From a virus, in IMG/VR virus record IMGVR_UViG_3300036767_000362: 64,000 bases of DNA. One strand, written 5' to 3'. Of this stretch, positions 40,166 to 48,597 are shown piece by piece. The translations under genes and the position numbers were made by a program. The notes under the pieces were generated by a model. It did no database searches, was not told where the DNA came from, and worked only from the letters and a program-made list of their open reading frames with translations. Positions within the stretch are counted from its first letter, which is position 1. Every line of letters starts with the position of its first letter.

Positions 40166-40761
40166 TAATCTTTTAAAGGATCATCTTTAGTGTTTCTATT
40201 ATCTTCGTCATAAATTTGTGTACTTAATTCTTTGAATAGTTTAGTAGCAAAATCGAAAGCAATTATTGCCTCATCTTTCATATCATCATTTAAATTTTTT
40301 CTTACATCAGCTTTCATTTCGTCAATTGGTTTAGGAAAATCATACAAACGTCCTTTACCAGGTATACGTTTTCTAATCATTTGACCACCACTTAAATCTG
40401 CCATATGGCGAACATAAATGTGGGCCATTATTTTTTGTTTGTCATCTTTTATTGATTTAATATGATCTATAAATTCTTTTACAACAGGTGCTACATAAGG
40501 TTTTTTGAAGTCTGGATCGTCGACATTTTCGGGCCATAACTCTTTAAAGTCTTCCCATATAGATGGAGCTCTTCTAAGGTCTTGATTCATTACTCCATGA
40601 AGCATACCAAAGGCTTCTAATACATCATAACAAGGATGTTGATTGTATAGATAGGTAGCATATAATTCTTTTGGTATTTTGCCACTCATAAGCAGATTGG
40701 CAAATTTATGCCTTTCTGCCTTCTTATGATGTTCCCAAGTTAATTCTTTTAATTTGCTCAT
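40165..40761 (-). CDS. hemO: heme oxygenase (biliverdin-producing)
   Basis: LKELTWEHHKKAE (proximal His) and AHIYVRHMADLSGGQMI. Confidence 0.9.
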   Translation of the reverse strand: MSKLKELTWEHHKKAERHKFANLLMSGKIPKELYATYLYNQHPCYDVLEAFGMLHGVMNQDLRRAPSIWEDFKELWPENVDDPDFKKPYVAPVVKEFIDHIKSIKDDKQKIMAHIYVRHMADLSGGQMIRKRIPGKGRLYDFPKPIDEMKADVRKNLNDDMKDEAIIAFDFATKLFKELSTQIYDEDNRNTKDDPLKD

Positions 40762-40821
40762 TCTTTTTCTCCTTTTTATGATGTTCCCAAGTTAATTCTT
40801 TTAATTTGCTCATTCTTTTTC
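40724..40821. repeat. 46-bp direct duplication spanning the clpS stop and hemO start
   Basis: ttatgatgttcccaagttaattcttttaatttgctcattctttttc at 40724-40769 and 40776-40821. Confidence 0.9.
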
Positions 40822-41115
40822 AATCTTTATTTGAAGTGGATATCCCAAACTTCTACTTTCGTTTGTTGCCTCCATACCTTTTTGTTCTGCTATTTCGTAT
40901 GTATAAATTCCAACAATTATAGAACCCTCTTTATGAATTCTCAAAGTAAGATCACGAGCCGTTTCGGGTGTGTGTTTAAATATTTTGATTAATATATCAA
41001 TTACAAATTCCATAGGAGTTACATTATCATTCAAGAATATAACTTTGTAATTTTCAGGTTCTTTAACAACCTGTTTTATTTTTTCATCTATTTTTACTTC
41101 TATGTCAGTACTCAT
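40810..41115 (-). CDS. clpS: ATP-dependent Clp protease adaptor ClpS
   Basis: YKVIFLNDNVTPMEFVI...IHKEG...YTYEIAE.K....GYPL. Confidence 0.92.
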   Translation of the reverse strand: MSTDIEVKIDEKIKQVVKEPENYKVIFLNDNVTPMEFVIDILIKIFKHTPETARDLTLRIHKEGSIIVGIYTYEIAEQKGMEATNESRSLGYPLQIKIEKE

Positions 41116-41131
41116 ATAATTTATTTATAAA

Positions 41132-41157
41132 GCAGGGCGTATTTGATAACGCCCTGC
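41132..41157 (-). terminator. hairpin terminator after the hsp20 unit
   Basis: GCAGGGCGT / ACGCCCTGC perfect 9-bp stem. Confidence 0.65.
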
Positions 41158-41181
41158 CCATATCCATTAATTACTTAATGT

Positions 41182-41358
41182 CTATTTTTTAAAAATATTG
41201 AACAAGTTAGGTTTTAATACATCTTCAAACCAGTCTTGCCAAAATTGTTGTGTTTTCTTTTGATATTCTTGGGCTTTCACAGGTTGTTCCTTTACAAATT
41301 TTTCTACTTGTACTTTCCATTCTGCGTAAGTTGGAATATCTAAATCAAATTTAAACAT
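41182..41358 (-). CDS. 58-aa hypothetical protein
   Basis: AAGGAG SD; MFKFDLDIPTYAEWK...NIFKK. Confidence 0.6.
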   Translation of the reverse strand: MFKFDLDIPTYAEWKVQVEKFVKEQPVKAQEYQKKTQQFWQDWFEDVLKPNLFNIFKK

Positions 41359-41367
41359 TTTATCTCC

Positions 41368-41817
41368 TTATTTAATGTCTATTTTTTTAGCCTTTTTATT
41401 CTCTGGAACTATTCTTTCCAAAGAAACTCTTAAAAGACCATCTTTAAGTTCAGCACCTTTTACTTCTACGTCATCCGCAATTGTAAAAGATTTAGAAAAA
41501 TATCTTTGAGATATTCCTCTATGCACAACTCCATCTTCTGAATTGCTTGTTCTAGCTTCTTTGATAGATTTGATTGTAAGCATATTATCTTTATACTCTA
41601 TATCAATATCTTTCTTACTGAAGCCAGCAAGAGCAACTTCAACATCGTGGGTGTTTTCACCTGTTTTCACAATATTGTAAGGTGGGTAGTTGATACTGCC
41701 GGAACCATTAAAGATTTGATCACCGTCCATCATTCTTTCGAAATGATCGAACACGTTGTCAAATCCAATAGTTACGGGTCTTAGTTGATTAAAAATTGAT
41801 AGGGCTTTATTTGTCAT
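41368..41817 (-). CDS. small heat-shock protein Hsp20 (IbpA-like)
   Basis: IGFD..F, YPPYNI, ALAGF, HRGIS.R.F, A.L.DGLL. Confidence 0.95.
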   Translation of the reverse strand: MTNKALSIFNQLRPVTIGFDNVFDHFERMMDGDQIFNGSGSINYPPYNIVKTGENTHDVEVALAGFSKKDIDIEYKDNMLTIKSIKEARTSNSEDGVVHRGISQRYFSKSFTIADDVEVKGAELKDGLLRVSLERIVPENKKAKKIDIK

Positions 41818-41820
41818 AAT

Positions 41821-41878
41821 TGTCCTCCTTTTTTAAGCAAGTTATGTGTACGAGACCTATCATAGCATCACGTACAGT
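41821..41878 (-). promoter_or_regulatory. ROSE-like RNA thermometer in the hsp20 leader
   Basis: CUUGCU lies 5' of the AAGGAGG SD and can pair with it; upstream UGUACG/CGUACA hairpin. Confidence 0.55.
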
Positions 41879-41923
41879 ATTATTTATCATACTATTATAA
41901 TATAAACACTATTTCCCGAAAAA

Positions 41924-42613
41924 TCAAGAGCCTAAATTAGCCAAAATATCATACCAGCCTCTTTTTACGCCAAGTTTAAGACTTTTTCCGGTAACTTTAT
42001 TTGTCTCCATATGGTACGGTTGTTTAATATATCTAACACCATGAATTATTTGTTTACCTTCTACATCTGCATATAATATTTTTAACTTGTCTAATTGTAA
42101 ACCTAATGCGTTGGTAACTATTTTATCTTCATTAGTCCAAGTGCCTAGTTCATGACTTTGACCATGGAAATAATGTTTATCTTTTAAAGTACTCATATTA
42201 CGATTGAATATACCTGTGCAAAATACAGTAATACCATGTTTAGCTAATTTTTTAATAGATAATTTTTCAGTTAATACTGTATGATTGCCCAATCCATCAA
42301 TTTCTTCTATAGTTAAATAATTTTTGTAATTAAGTTCGGCACCGGCGGCGTGTGCTATACTATCATAATCATACCAATCAGATGATTTTAATTGGGATTC
42401 ATAGGGAACATAATTTAATTCATTCATATCACGCAACTCTGCTAGATACTCTCCTAGTTTGCGTGGACCTTTTCTTTTCCAAAAGTCGTGTTGTTCTTTT
42501 GTTATTGTACCCATTACTGATTCATATCCTAATCCAGTAAATCTAATAGTATAGTGTTTGGGTATATTGATTATACTATCAATTAGTTGTTTTCGTGTTA
42601 GTTGTATTGTCAT
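41924..42613 (-). CDS. hypothetical protein
   Basis: 229-aa ORF. Confidence 0.5.
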   Translation of the reverse strand: MTIQLTRKQLIDSIINIPKHYTIRFTGLGYESVMGTITKEQHDFWKRKGPRKLGEYLAELRDMNELNYVPYESQLKSSDWYDYDSIAHAAGAELNYKNYLTIEEIDGLGNHTVLTEKLSIKKLAKHGITVFCTGIFNRNMSTLKDKHYFHGQSHELGTWTNEDKIVTNALGLQLDKLKILYADVEGKQIIHGVRYIKQPYHMETNKVTGKSLKLGVKRGWYDILANLGS

Positions 42614-43001
42614 TTAAATCTTTTAGGATTGTTTTTAATGGATCTAAATTATAGATTCTATTACTGCTTATTAAGTTGTAAGGTTTAGGTTTAGGTATGT
42701 CCATACAAACATAAAAAGTTTTGCTTTTGGCTAATAGGTATCCAATTAACCAATTATCTAATCCAGTATTGTCTATATCTAAAATAATATTATCAGCTAG
42801 ACTAGCCGTTTCAATTAACCAATTAGCACTATCTTTATTTTCTTGTTCGTCATACATATAAAGATTAATGTTAACATCTACTTCTTTTATAATTTTATTA
42901 AACTCATCTTTAAAGGTATCCTTTAAATTAATCAAAAGAATACTCCTATTCTCATTTAATAGTTTATCAGGTGGTGTTATCAACTTAATTTGTGACATCA
43001 A
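42579..43001 (-). CDS. hypothetical protein
   Basis: LITPPD motif at the N-terminus. Confidence 0.55.
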   Translation of the reverse strand: MMSQIKLITPPDKLLNENRSILLINLKDTFKDEFNKIIKEVDVNINLYMYDEQENKDSANWLIETASLADNIILDIDNTGLDNWLIGYLLAKSKTFYVCMDIPKPKPYNLISSNRIYNLDPLKTILKDLNDNTTNTKTTN

Positions 43002-43136
43002 GTTATTTTAGCATAATGGATGGTAAATGTCAATGTTATGATTCGTCGTCTTCTTTTGGAGTTGTTTTTTTACGAACTTGGATATTTTTGTCTCTAACTA
43101 TGTAATTTATTGGGAATACTTCTTTATTTGGTTGCT

Positions 43137-45059
43137 CTACTGGTTCGTCAGTCTTTTTTTTTCTACGTCTGAATCTTCTTTTTCGGCTTCTTTATTTGCC
43201 GCATCTACCCATTTATTCCAGCTTTCTAAATCTTCTTGTTTTTCAAGGTTGATGTTTTCCCAGGGTAGTTTATCTATAAAACCTTTTACATATAATTCTT
43301 TATGTCTTTTTATGGTATCTTCTGGATTTCTTCGTTTCCACTCTGCTTTTTCGTTTTGCCATTTATTTTCTTTTTCGTCATATGTAATTAGACGTTTTTG
43401 TTCGTCATCATCAAGTGTTCTTAAAACTTCTGTTTGTTTGTCTTCACCTATTTTTATTAGTTCTTCTTTTAATTCTTTTTCAACATTGTAATTGTCTATT
43501 AATTCTTTTGTTGCTACATTACGTTCAGGTAAAATCATTGCAACATCTGCCGTTGTAGGAACAGGTTCCATTGGAATAGGTATTGGTTTTTGTTCAGTTT
43601 CCATATCGTATTTTACTTGATCTTCATCAAAGCCGTCTTTATATTCATCATCAATTAATTCATCAAGTAGTTCATCTTCTCTTTTTTCTTTAGCTTCTTC
43701 TTCAGCTATAGCTTCTTGTTCTTCAGCAAATCCTTTTGCTAGAAGTTCTGAAACAGATGGTTCAGGTACTTTATCTTCCATTTCCTTTAATTCCTCTACT
43801 TCTGCAGATGGCGAGTGTTTGTCTATGCTATCTAACATAGTTTGTTGATCTTTTGCTAATTTACTACTATTATCTTTAATTAGGTCTGATGCTTTAAGTG
43901 TACCACTTGGCTCTTTAGGTGGCAGTTCAGGTGCTTTAGGTTTACTTGGTGGTGTACTTGGTGGTGTAGGATCTTCAGTGTCGTCCTCCCACGTATTAGG
44001 AAATCTTCTTAGCATACTTTGATTAGCCGCTAATAATAATGCAACTGCAAGTGGGTCAAATACACAAATTATAATTAGGATAACCCATCTTACTGCTTCG
44101 TTTGTATCAACCTTTTCTGTTACTCCCCAATCAATTACAAGTGCGGCAATGTATTTTACTGGGCCAATTTCTGCTTCTAATTTAATCATTTTTGCCTCTA
44201 ATGGTTCTCGATCAATGATTAAATTATCTATATTGTTTTGTGATTTTAATATGTTTTCTTCTGCTACTTCTATTTGTGCATAAACACCCGATTTGTCGTC
44301 AACACTGCCTTCTCTTAACTTCTCAATTCTTTTTTGTATAACGGCAGTATCATTTGCGTAGTCATCTTTAAGTTGAGCTATTCTGCTTTGGGATTCACTT
44401 ATTTTTATATTAATACCTGCTCGTTCTTCTTTTTGTGATTCTTTTAATTGTTTAGCCGCTTTTTCTTCATTAAAGAACGATTTGTTTGAAGTTAATACAT
44501 CACTAACGTCTTTATCCAATACTTTCATTCTATCAGTTAAATTTTCAATGTTTTTAGTCTCAACTCCTAGTAAAATCTTGAATTTGTCTTCTACTGCTTT
44601 TAAATTCTCTTTTTCAATGCTTATTGCATCATCGTTAGTAGTGCTTGTTCTTGAAAGACTCGTTTCAGCTCTTTCTATAATAAGAGTTTGTCTTTTGATA
44701 TAGGTTTCTTCGCTTGTAATTTTGCTATTGATTATTTGAATTCGTTGTACAACTGTATTTTCTGCTAGGTTCTGTTCTAGGTGGGCTTTGGATAAGAACC
44801 CAAATATACCCATAGACGTTATTAAACTTAATACAACCACGGCTGTGGCGAGATAAAATTTTAAGAGAAACCGAGTTTGTTTCCAGTTCCGATACAACCA
44901 ACTGGCGGCTATTAGTTTACCAACCTCTAATACTGAACCCATAATAACCACTGGCACGAAAGCACCAGGGAAGATTGTAGCCAATCCTATTACTGAATAG
45001 AAGATTGCTACACCCGATATTGAAAGGGCCGAAATTAATGTAAGAAGTGCGATAAACAT
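43137..45059 (-). CDS. membrane-anchored coiled-coil protein (possible -1 extension to 43036)
   Basis: Three N-terminal TMs (LEVGKL, GIFGFLSKAH), a coiled coil, EIGPVKYIA, a TM with VFDPLA, and an acidic tail. Confidence 0.7.
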   Translation of the reverse strand: MFIALLTLISALSISGVAIFYSVIGLATIFPGAFVPVVIMGSVLEVGKLIAASWLYRNWKQTRFLLKFYLATAVVVLSLITSMGIFGFLSKAHLEQNLAENTVVQRIQIINSKITSEETYIKRQTLIIERAETSLSRTSTTNDDAISIEKENLKAVEDKFKILLGVETKNIENLTDRMKVLDKDVSDVLTSNKSFFNEEKAAKQLKESQKEERAGINIKISESQSRIAQLKDDYANDTAVIQKRIEKLREGSVDDKSGVYAQIEVAEENILKSQNNIDNLIIDREPLEAKMIKLEAEIGPVKYIAALVIDWGVTEKVDTNEAVRWVILIIICVFDPLAVALLLAANQSMLRRFPNTWEDDTEDPTPPSTPPSKPKAPELPPKEPSGTLKASDLIKDNSSKLAKDQQTMLDSIDKHSPSAEVEELKEMEDKVPEPSVSELLAKGFAEEQEAIAEEEAKEKREDELLDELIDDEYKDGFDEDQVKYDMETEQKPIPIPMEPVPTTADVAMILPERNVATKELIDNYNVEKELKEELIKIGEDKQTEVLRTLDDDEQKRLITYDEKENKWQNEKAEWKRRNPEDTIKRHKELYVKGFIDKLPWENINLEKQEDLESWNKWVDAANKEAEKEDSDVEKKRLTNQ

Positions 45060-45096
45060 ATAGTATTATTTAAACTAATACTTATCGCTTTTAATA

Positions 45097-45549
45097 CTAT
45101 CTGATAAATTGCCAACCGTTGTATGCGACGTCTTTACAAGCGGTTTCTGTGAAATCTCTGATCTTACCTTTTTTAGATATTTGTGTGAATAATATTCGAC
45201 AATATCCACTACCGTGAGGGTAGCTAGATACTATTTTTACTAAACCAAATGTTTGGTTTTTGTCATTATACCATTTAACAACTTCACCTTCTGGTGCGTT
45301 GTTTAGTGCAAAAAATACTGCCTGCATCTGCTTAACTTGGTCTTCTTTTTTAAGCATATTTTTATTGTATTTTATTGCGTTGTATATCGTATGTGTCCAG
45401 TGATTAGTATTATTGAAGTCTTTTTCTACACTCTTAAAAGTACTTTCGCTATTAAGTTCAACATTTTTAGTTGAGCTACAATTTACTAATAATAAACTAC
45501 TTAGGATTATACACAATTTCCCAAGAGCCGTCAAATTTTTGGCAAACAT
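45097..45549 (-). CDS. 17-kDa surface-antigen-like lipoprotein
   Basis: Lipobox Cys; W.N....G....S......CR.......ETAC.....WQF. Confidence 0.65.
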   Translation of the reverse strand: MFAKNLTALGKLCIILSSLLLVNCSSTKNVELNSESTFKSVEKDFNNTNHWTHTIYNAIKYNKNMLKKEDQVKQMQAVFFALNNAPEGEVVKWYNDKNQTFGLVKIVSSYPHGSGYCRILFTQISKKGKIRDFTETACKDVAYNGWQFIR

Positions 45550-45826
45550 AACCTTTCCTTTTTACAAATGTTCCATTTAAAAATATATCAAACCAGAACT
45601 CTCTACAATCTTTTGCTATACCACTATAATGTAGAAAGTCTTTTTTACCATCATCACATACCATTGTTTCTATGGTTTCTTGATTTATAATAGTACCGTT
45701 GGCATCCTTTGTGATAATCGTGTGTGTAGTTGCGTTGCAGTATTGGTCACTCCAAGGACCGCCAGCATTGGCTTCAGCAGTACACACCAGAGTAAGGGTA
45801 CCTAATATTAATAATAGTTTCTTCAT
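45497..45826 (-). CDS. secreted hypothetical protein
   Basis: Signal peptide, Cys pairs, CQ..DGSWEI. Confidence 0.55.
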   Translation of the reverse strand: MKKLLLILGTLTLVCTAEANAGGPWSDQYCNATTHTIITKDANGTIINQETIETMVCDDGKKDFLHYSGIAKDCREFWFDIFLNGTFVKRKGYVCQKFDGSWEIVYNPK

Positions 45827-45835
45827 AGGTTACCC

Positions 45836-46423
45836 CTACTGCTTATTCGATTGGTCTAATATCTCATCAGATACTTTTGAAATTGAACTGCTTAATTTCA
45901 TTGCTTTTTTGCTTTCAATTAATGCAACAATTTCATTAACATCTTTTTGAGATATTTTCATTAAAACAAAGGATCTATAGTTGTTTTTGTCTTTGTTATA
46001 TAAAGTCAACTTCTTCTCTAAAGAGTATGTTCTTAATACAGTCTTTGAAATAAAGTTAACAATAACATCTTCAGATTGTTCTGTACCTTGTACATTTTCA
46101 GCAGAACCAGTTTCGTTATAAACGATAGATGTCTTATTATTCATCTCACCATTTATTCTGTCAGTTATTTTAGCCTTTGCTTTTAATACTGCCTTTTTCA
46201 TAGACATTTCCATATCAGGCGATACTGCAACAGCCACGGCATAAAAATAACCGTTTCTGAAGATCAAGCCTTCTTTTCCGTTATCTTCGTGATTTAAGTA
46301 CCACGCAGGAACGGTTTTATGTTTGGAATTATCAGTGGGCAGTTTCACCATTCTGTTCGCACAAGCATTCAATAAGAACACCATTGCAAATAAAATAGTT
46401 AATAGTTTAAATGAGCCTTTCAT
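45836..46423 (-). CDS. LPP20-like lipoprotein
   Basis: LNAC lipobox, VPAWY, A.S.D...S..KA...AK; GGAGG SD before MKGSF. Confidence 0.6.
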   Translation of the reverse strand: MKGSFKLLTILFAMVFLLNACANRMVKLPTDNSKHKTVPAWYLNHEDNGKEGLIFRNGYFYAVAVAVSPDMEMSMKKAVLKAKAKITDRINGEMNNKTSIVYNETGSAENVQGTEQSEDVIVNFISKTVLRTYSLEKKLTLYNKDKNNYRSFVLMKISQKDVNEIVALIESKKAMKLSSSISKVSDEILDQSNKQ

Positions 46424-46686
46424 TTTGCCTCCTTGATTAAAAGTATTCATTATCTATATTATATAGAATCACTACCAAAAAGTCAAGGTTTTTGTTCGAT
46501 TAAGATGTCTTGGTTTTGAAGGCTTTTTTGGTAGTAGTTTACCAAAATGTTAAAATACAACCTAGAAAAGGTCGTTTTCTTCGTCTTCTTCTTCTTTTTT
46601 TTGAGAGGCTTTATGGTATGCATAACCAAAGCCAACGACTGTCAGTGTACAGCCTATAAGTCCTAATAATAATCCGTCTTCAAATG

Positions 46687-47013
46687 TCATCTTCTCATAT
46701 TAGCAATATCTTTAACATCTTGTTCTTCAAATACAGGTACTTGATTTGATTTATGCATTGTTGCTATTCCTATTAGTTTTCTTTCGCCTGAATATTGCAT
46801 TCGTTCTTTTTTAGCTGAAGTTCCCACTGGGATTTTGTCTGATGTTGGTGGATAGTTATCGTCGGTTGTATAGCTAGGAAACCAACTTTCCTTTGTTAAT
46901 TTTTTCCATCTTCTTCTTAAACTTATTCTATCAATTCCTAATTTTTTAAGCCAAGTCTGATGTTCGGTACGGATTTTTCTTAATCTTGCCGTATTAGGTA
47001 ATTTGCGTCTCAT
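46687..47013 (-). CDS. conserved phage hypothetical protein
   Basis: GIATMHKSN.VPVF....KDIA.MRR. Confidence 0.6.
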   Translation of the reverse strand: MRRKLPNTARLRKIRTEHQTWLKKLGIDRISLRRRWKKLTKESWFPSYTTDDNYPPTSDKIPVGTSAKKERMQYSGERKLIGIATMHKSNQVPVFEEQDVKDIANMRR

Positions 47014-47017
47014 AATG

Positions 47018-47767
47018 TTATGGTAAGTTTTTATTTAATATAGCACTATATATTAAATGGTCATAGTCTTTGTTTTCACTCCAAGCATTTAAACCTTGAA
47101 TTAATTTCTTATAGTTCCATCTACCTTCTTTTAATTGTTTTGCTCTTTCATCTCTAAAAGGTTTATAAGCAGGATGTCTATTAATAATTTCTATCATATC
47201 GCGAATACTTTCACATTTATGTTTGTATTTTTTAACACCCCAATCTGCATCTGGATTACCTTTTGCTTTCATTTGTGGTATTTTAGAATCCCAAGTTCTA
47301 ACTCCAAATAATGCATTACCTTCTATTGCAAATCTGCTAGTACCCCAGCCTGATTCAACACCAGCCATTGCTATAATAATTGAACTAGGTATTCTTTTTT
47401 CTGTTTCTGTTGTATAATTTAAATAATCTACACATTGTTTAACTGCATAGATAAAAGAATCAGGATCATTATACATAAATTCGGGTTGATGGATATCCAA
47501 ATATAAAGATACTTCCATATCTTTTTTATTTTGCATAGTTATTTTGTCTAGTTTAATATTAATTTTAGCAAAGTGTTCTTTTATACTTTCAAACATTGAT
47601 GAAGTAAGTTTGCCTTCTGCCACTGGATTTGGAAAAAATGTTCCATAAGAAAAGGATATAGAAACCACCATACCTACTGCAAGAGTATAATGGAACCATT
47701 TTTTTAAAGATTTTAATAACTTCTTATTACTATCAAAAATCTTAGAATCTTTATGTTTTTTACGCAT
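47018..47767 (-). CDS. glucosaminidase (Bax-like) peptidoglycan hydrolase
   Basis: IAMA..ESGWGTSRFA.EGNALFG, N.HPAY..FR; N-terminal TM. Confidence 0.85.
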   Translation of the reverse strand: MRKKHKDSKIFDSNKKLLKSLKKWFHYTLAVGMVVSISFSYGTFFPNPVAEGKLTSSMFESIKEHFAKINIKLDKITMQNKKDMEVSLYLDIHQPEFMYNDPDSFIYAVKQCVDYLNYTTETEKRIPSSIIIAMAGVESGWGTSRFAIEGNALFGVRTWDSKIPQMKAKGNPDADWGVKKYKHKCESIRDMIEIINRHPAYKPFRDERAKQLKEGRWNYKKLIQGLNAWSENKDYDHLIYSAILNKNLP

Positions 47768-47859
47768 AATCTATTTGTAATTCGTATTTATTTTAACACA
47801 TACTATAATATATGAAGATTCTGGCAGTGTCAATGATTAAAAAGTGTTGATATATGCGA

Positions 47860-48114
47860 TTATTTTACGTGTTCTTTACAAGCCTCGTACCAAAATTTAC
47901 CACTATCACGAAGAAGCTCGTTTTGTTCTCTAAGATTTTCTAGTCTTTTTTCGATTAATTTCCATTGGTAGTCAGAAATGGGTTTATTATTCTCGTATAA
48001 TTTTTTGAGTCGTTCTATAGCATTGTCAATAGAAGGACAAGTAAGATCAGGTACTTTTGGAGCACTCTTTTTTAACTTTCTAAAAAACTTCTTTTTTTTA
48101 ATGCTATATCTCAT
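47860..48114 (-). CDS. hypothetical protein
   Basis: APKVPD.TCP.ID...LE.LR..N..LR.SG.FWY. Confidence 0.55.
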   Translation of the reverse strand: MRYSIKKKKFFRKLKKSAPKVPDLTCPSIDNAIERLKKLYENNKPISDYQWKLIEKRLENLREQNELLRDSGKFWYEACKEHVK

Positions 48115-48187
48115 ACGTATATATTTAGAAAGTTTTTAGTAAAAGAAAAATGCTAATTTTAAAGTTATAAGGTAAGTTAAAAATAAA

Positions 48188-48209
48188 CATAGGGGCCGAA
48201 GCCCCTATG
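48188..48209 (-). terminator. intrinsic terminator of the tmRNA gene
   Basis: CATAGGGGC-TTCG-GCCCCTATG followed by TTTATTTTT. Confidence 0.85.
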
Positions 48210-48214
48210 CTGGT

Positions 48215-48520
48215 CTATGTTCTGTTGCCGAGATTAACCTTTCTCCGAAATGGCAGTATTAAACTGCAACCAGTTCTCTGTCAGCAAAAATGCTAACTGG
48301 AACTGTCACTTCAGGTTTAAATGCTAATGCATTTATAAATTGGACGTTACTTCGTGCCTACTAGATAGACTCCATTTGTCTTTACATTCCGGTCGATCCT
48401 AGTTCACCCCCGTTAAACACTTAAACCTTAAAATGTTTCACGTGGAAGAATTTGGTGGAGGTGGTCGGTACTGCCCCGACGTCCCTGAAATTTATTACCC
48501 AAACTTCAACGTCTACAGTA
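48215..48520 (-). ncRNA. ssrA: circularly permuted two-piece tmRNA
   Basis: Acceptor piece comes first, with T-arm GTCGG-GGCAGTA-CCGAC and CACCTCC-A-CCA ending at 48453. Coding piece starts GGGGGTGAACTAGGATCGAC at 48411. The 7-bp acceptor stem has G3:U70; the tag frame is 48330-48259. Outer ends are approximate. Confidence 0.9.
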
Positions 48521-48597
48521 ATATTTATAACATCTTTTTATTGATATGTCAAAGACATCGATGGTACAGTCTGGTATGCTGTTTTATGTTGGGAGGA

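Noticed and set aside
48453-48490. tRNA-like 3' end with CCA
   Set aside because: No anticodon arm; it is the acceptor piece of the permuted tmRNA, not a tRNA gene.
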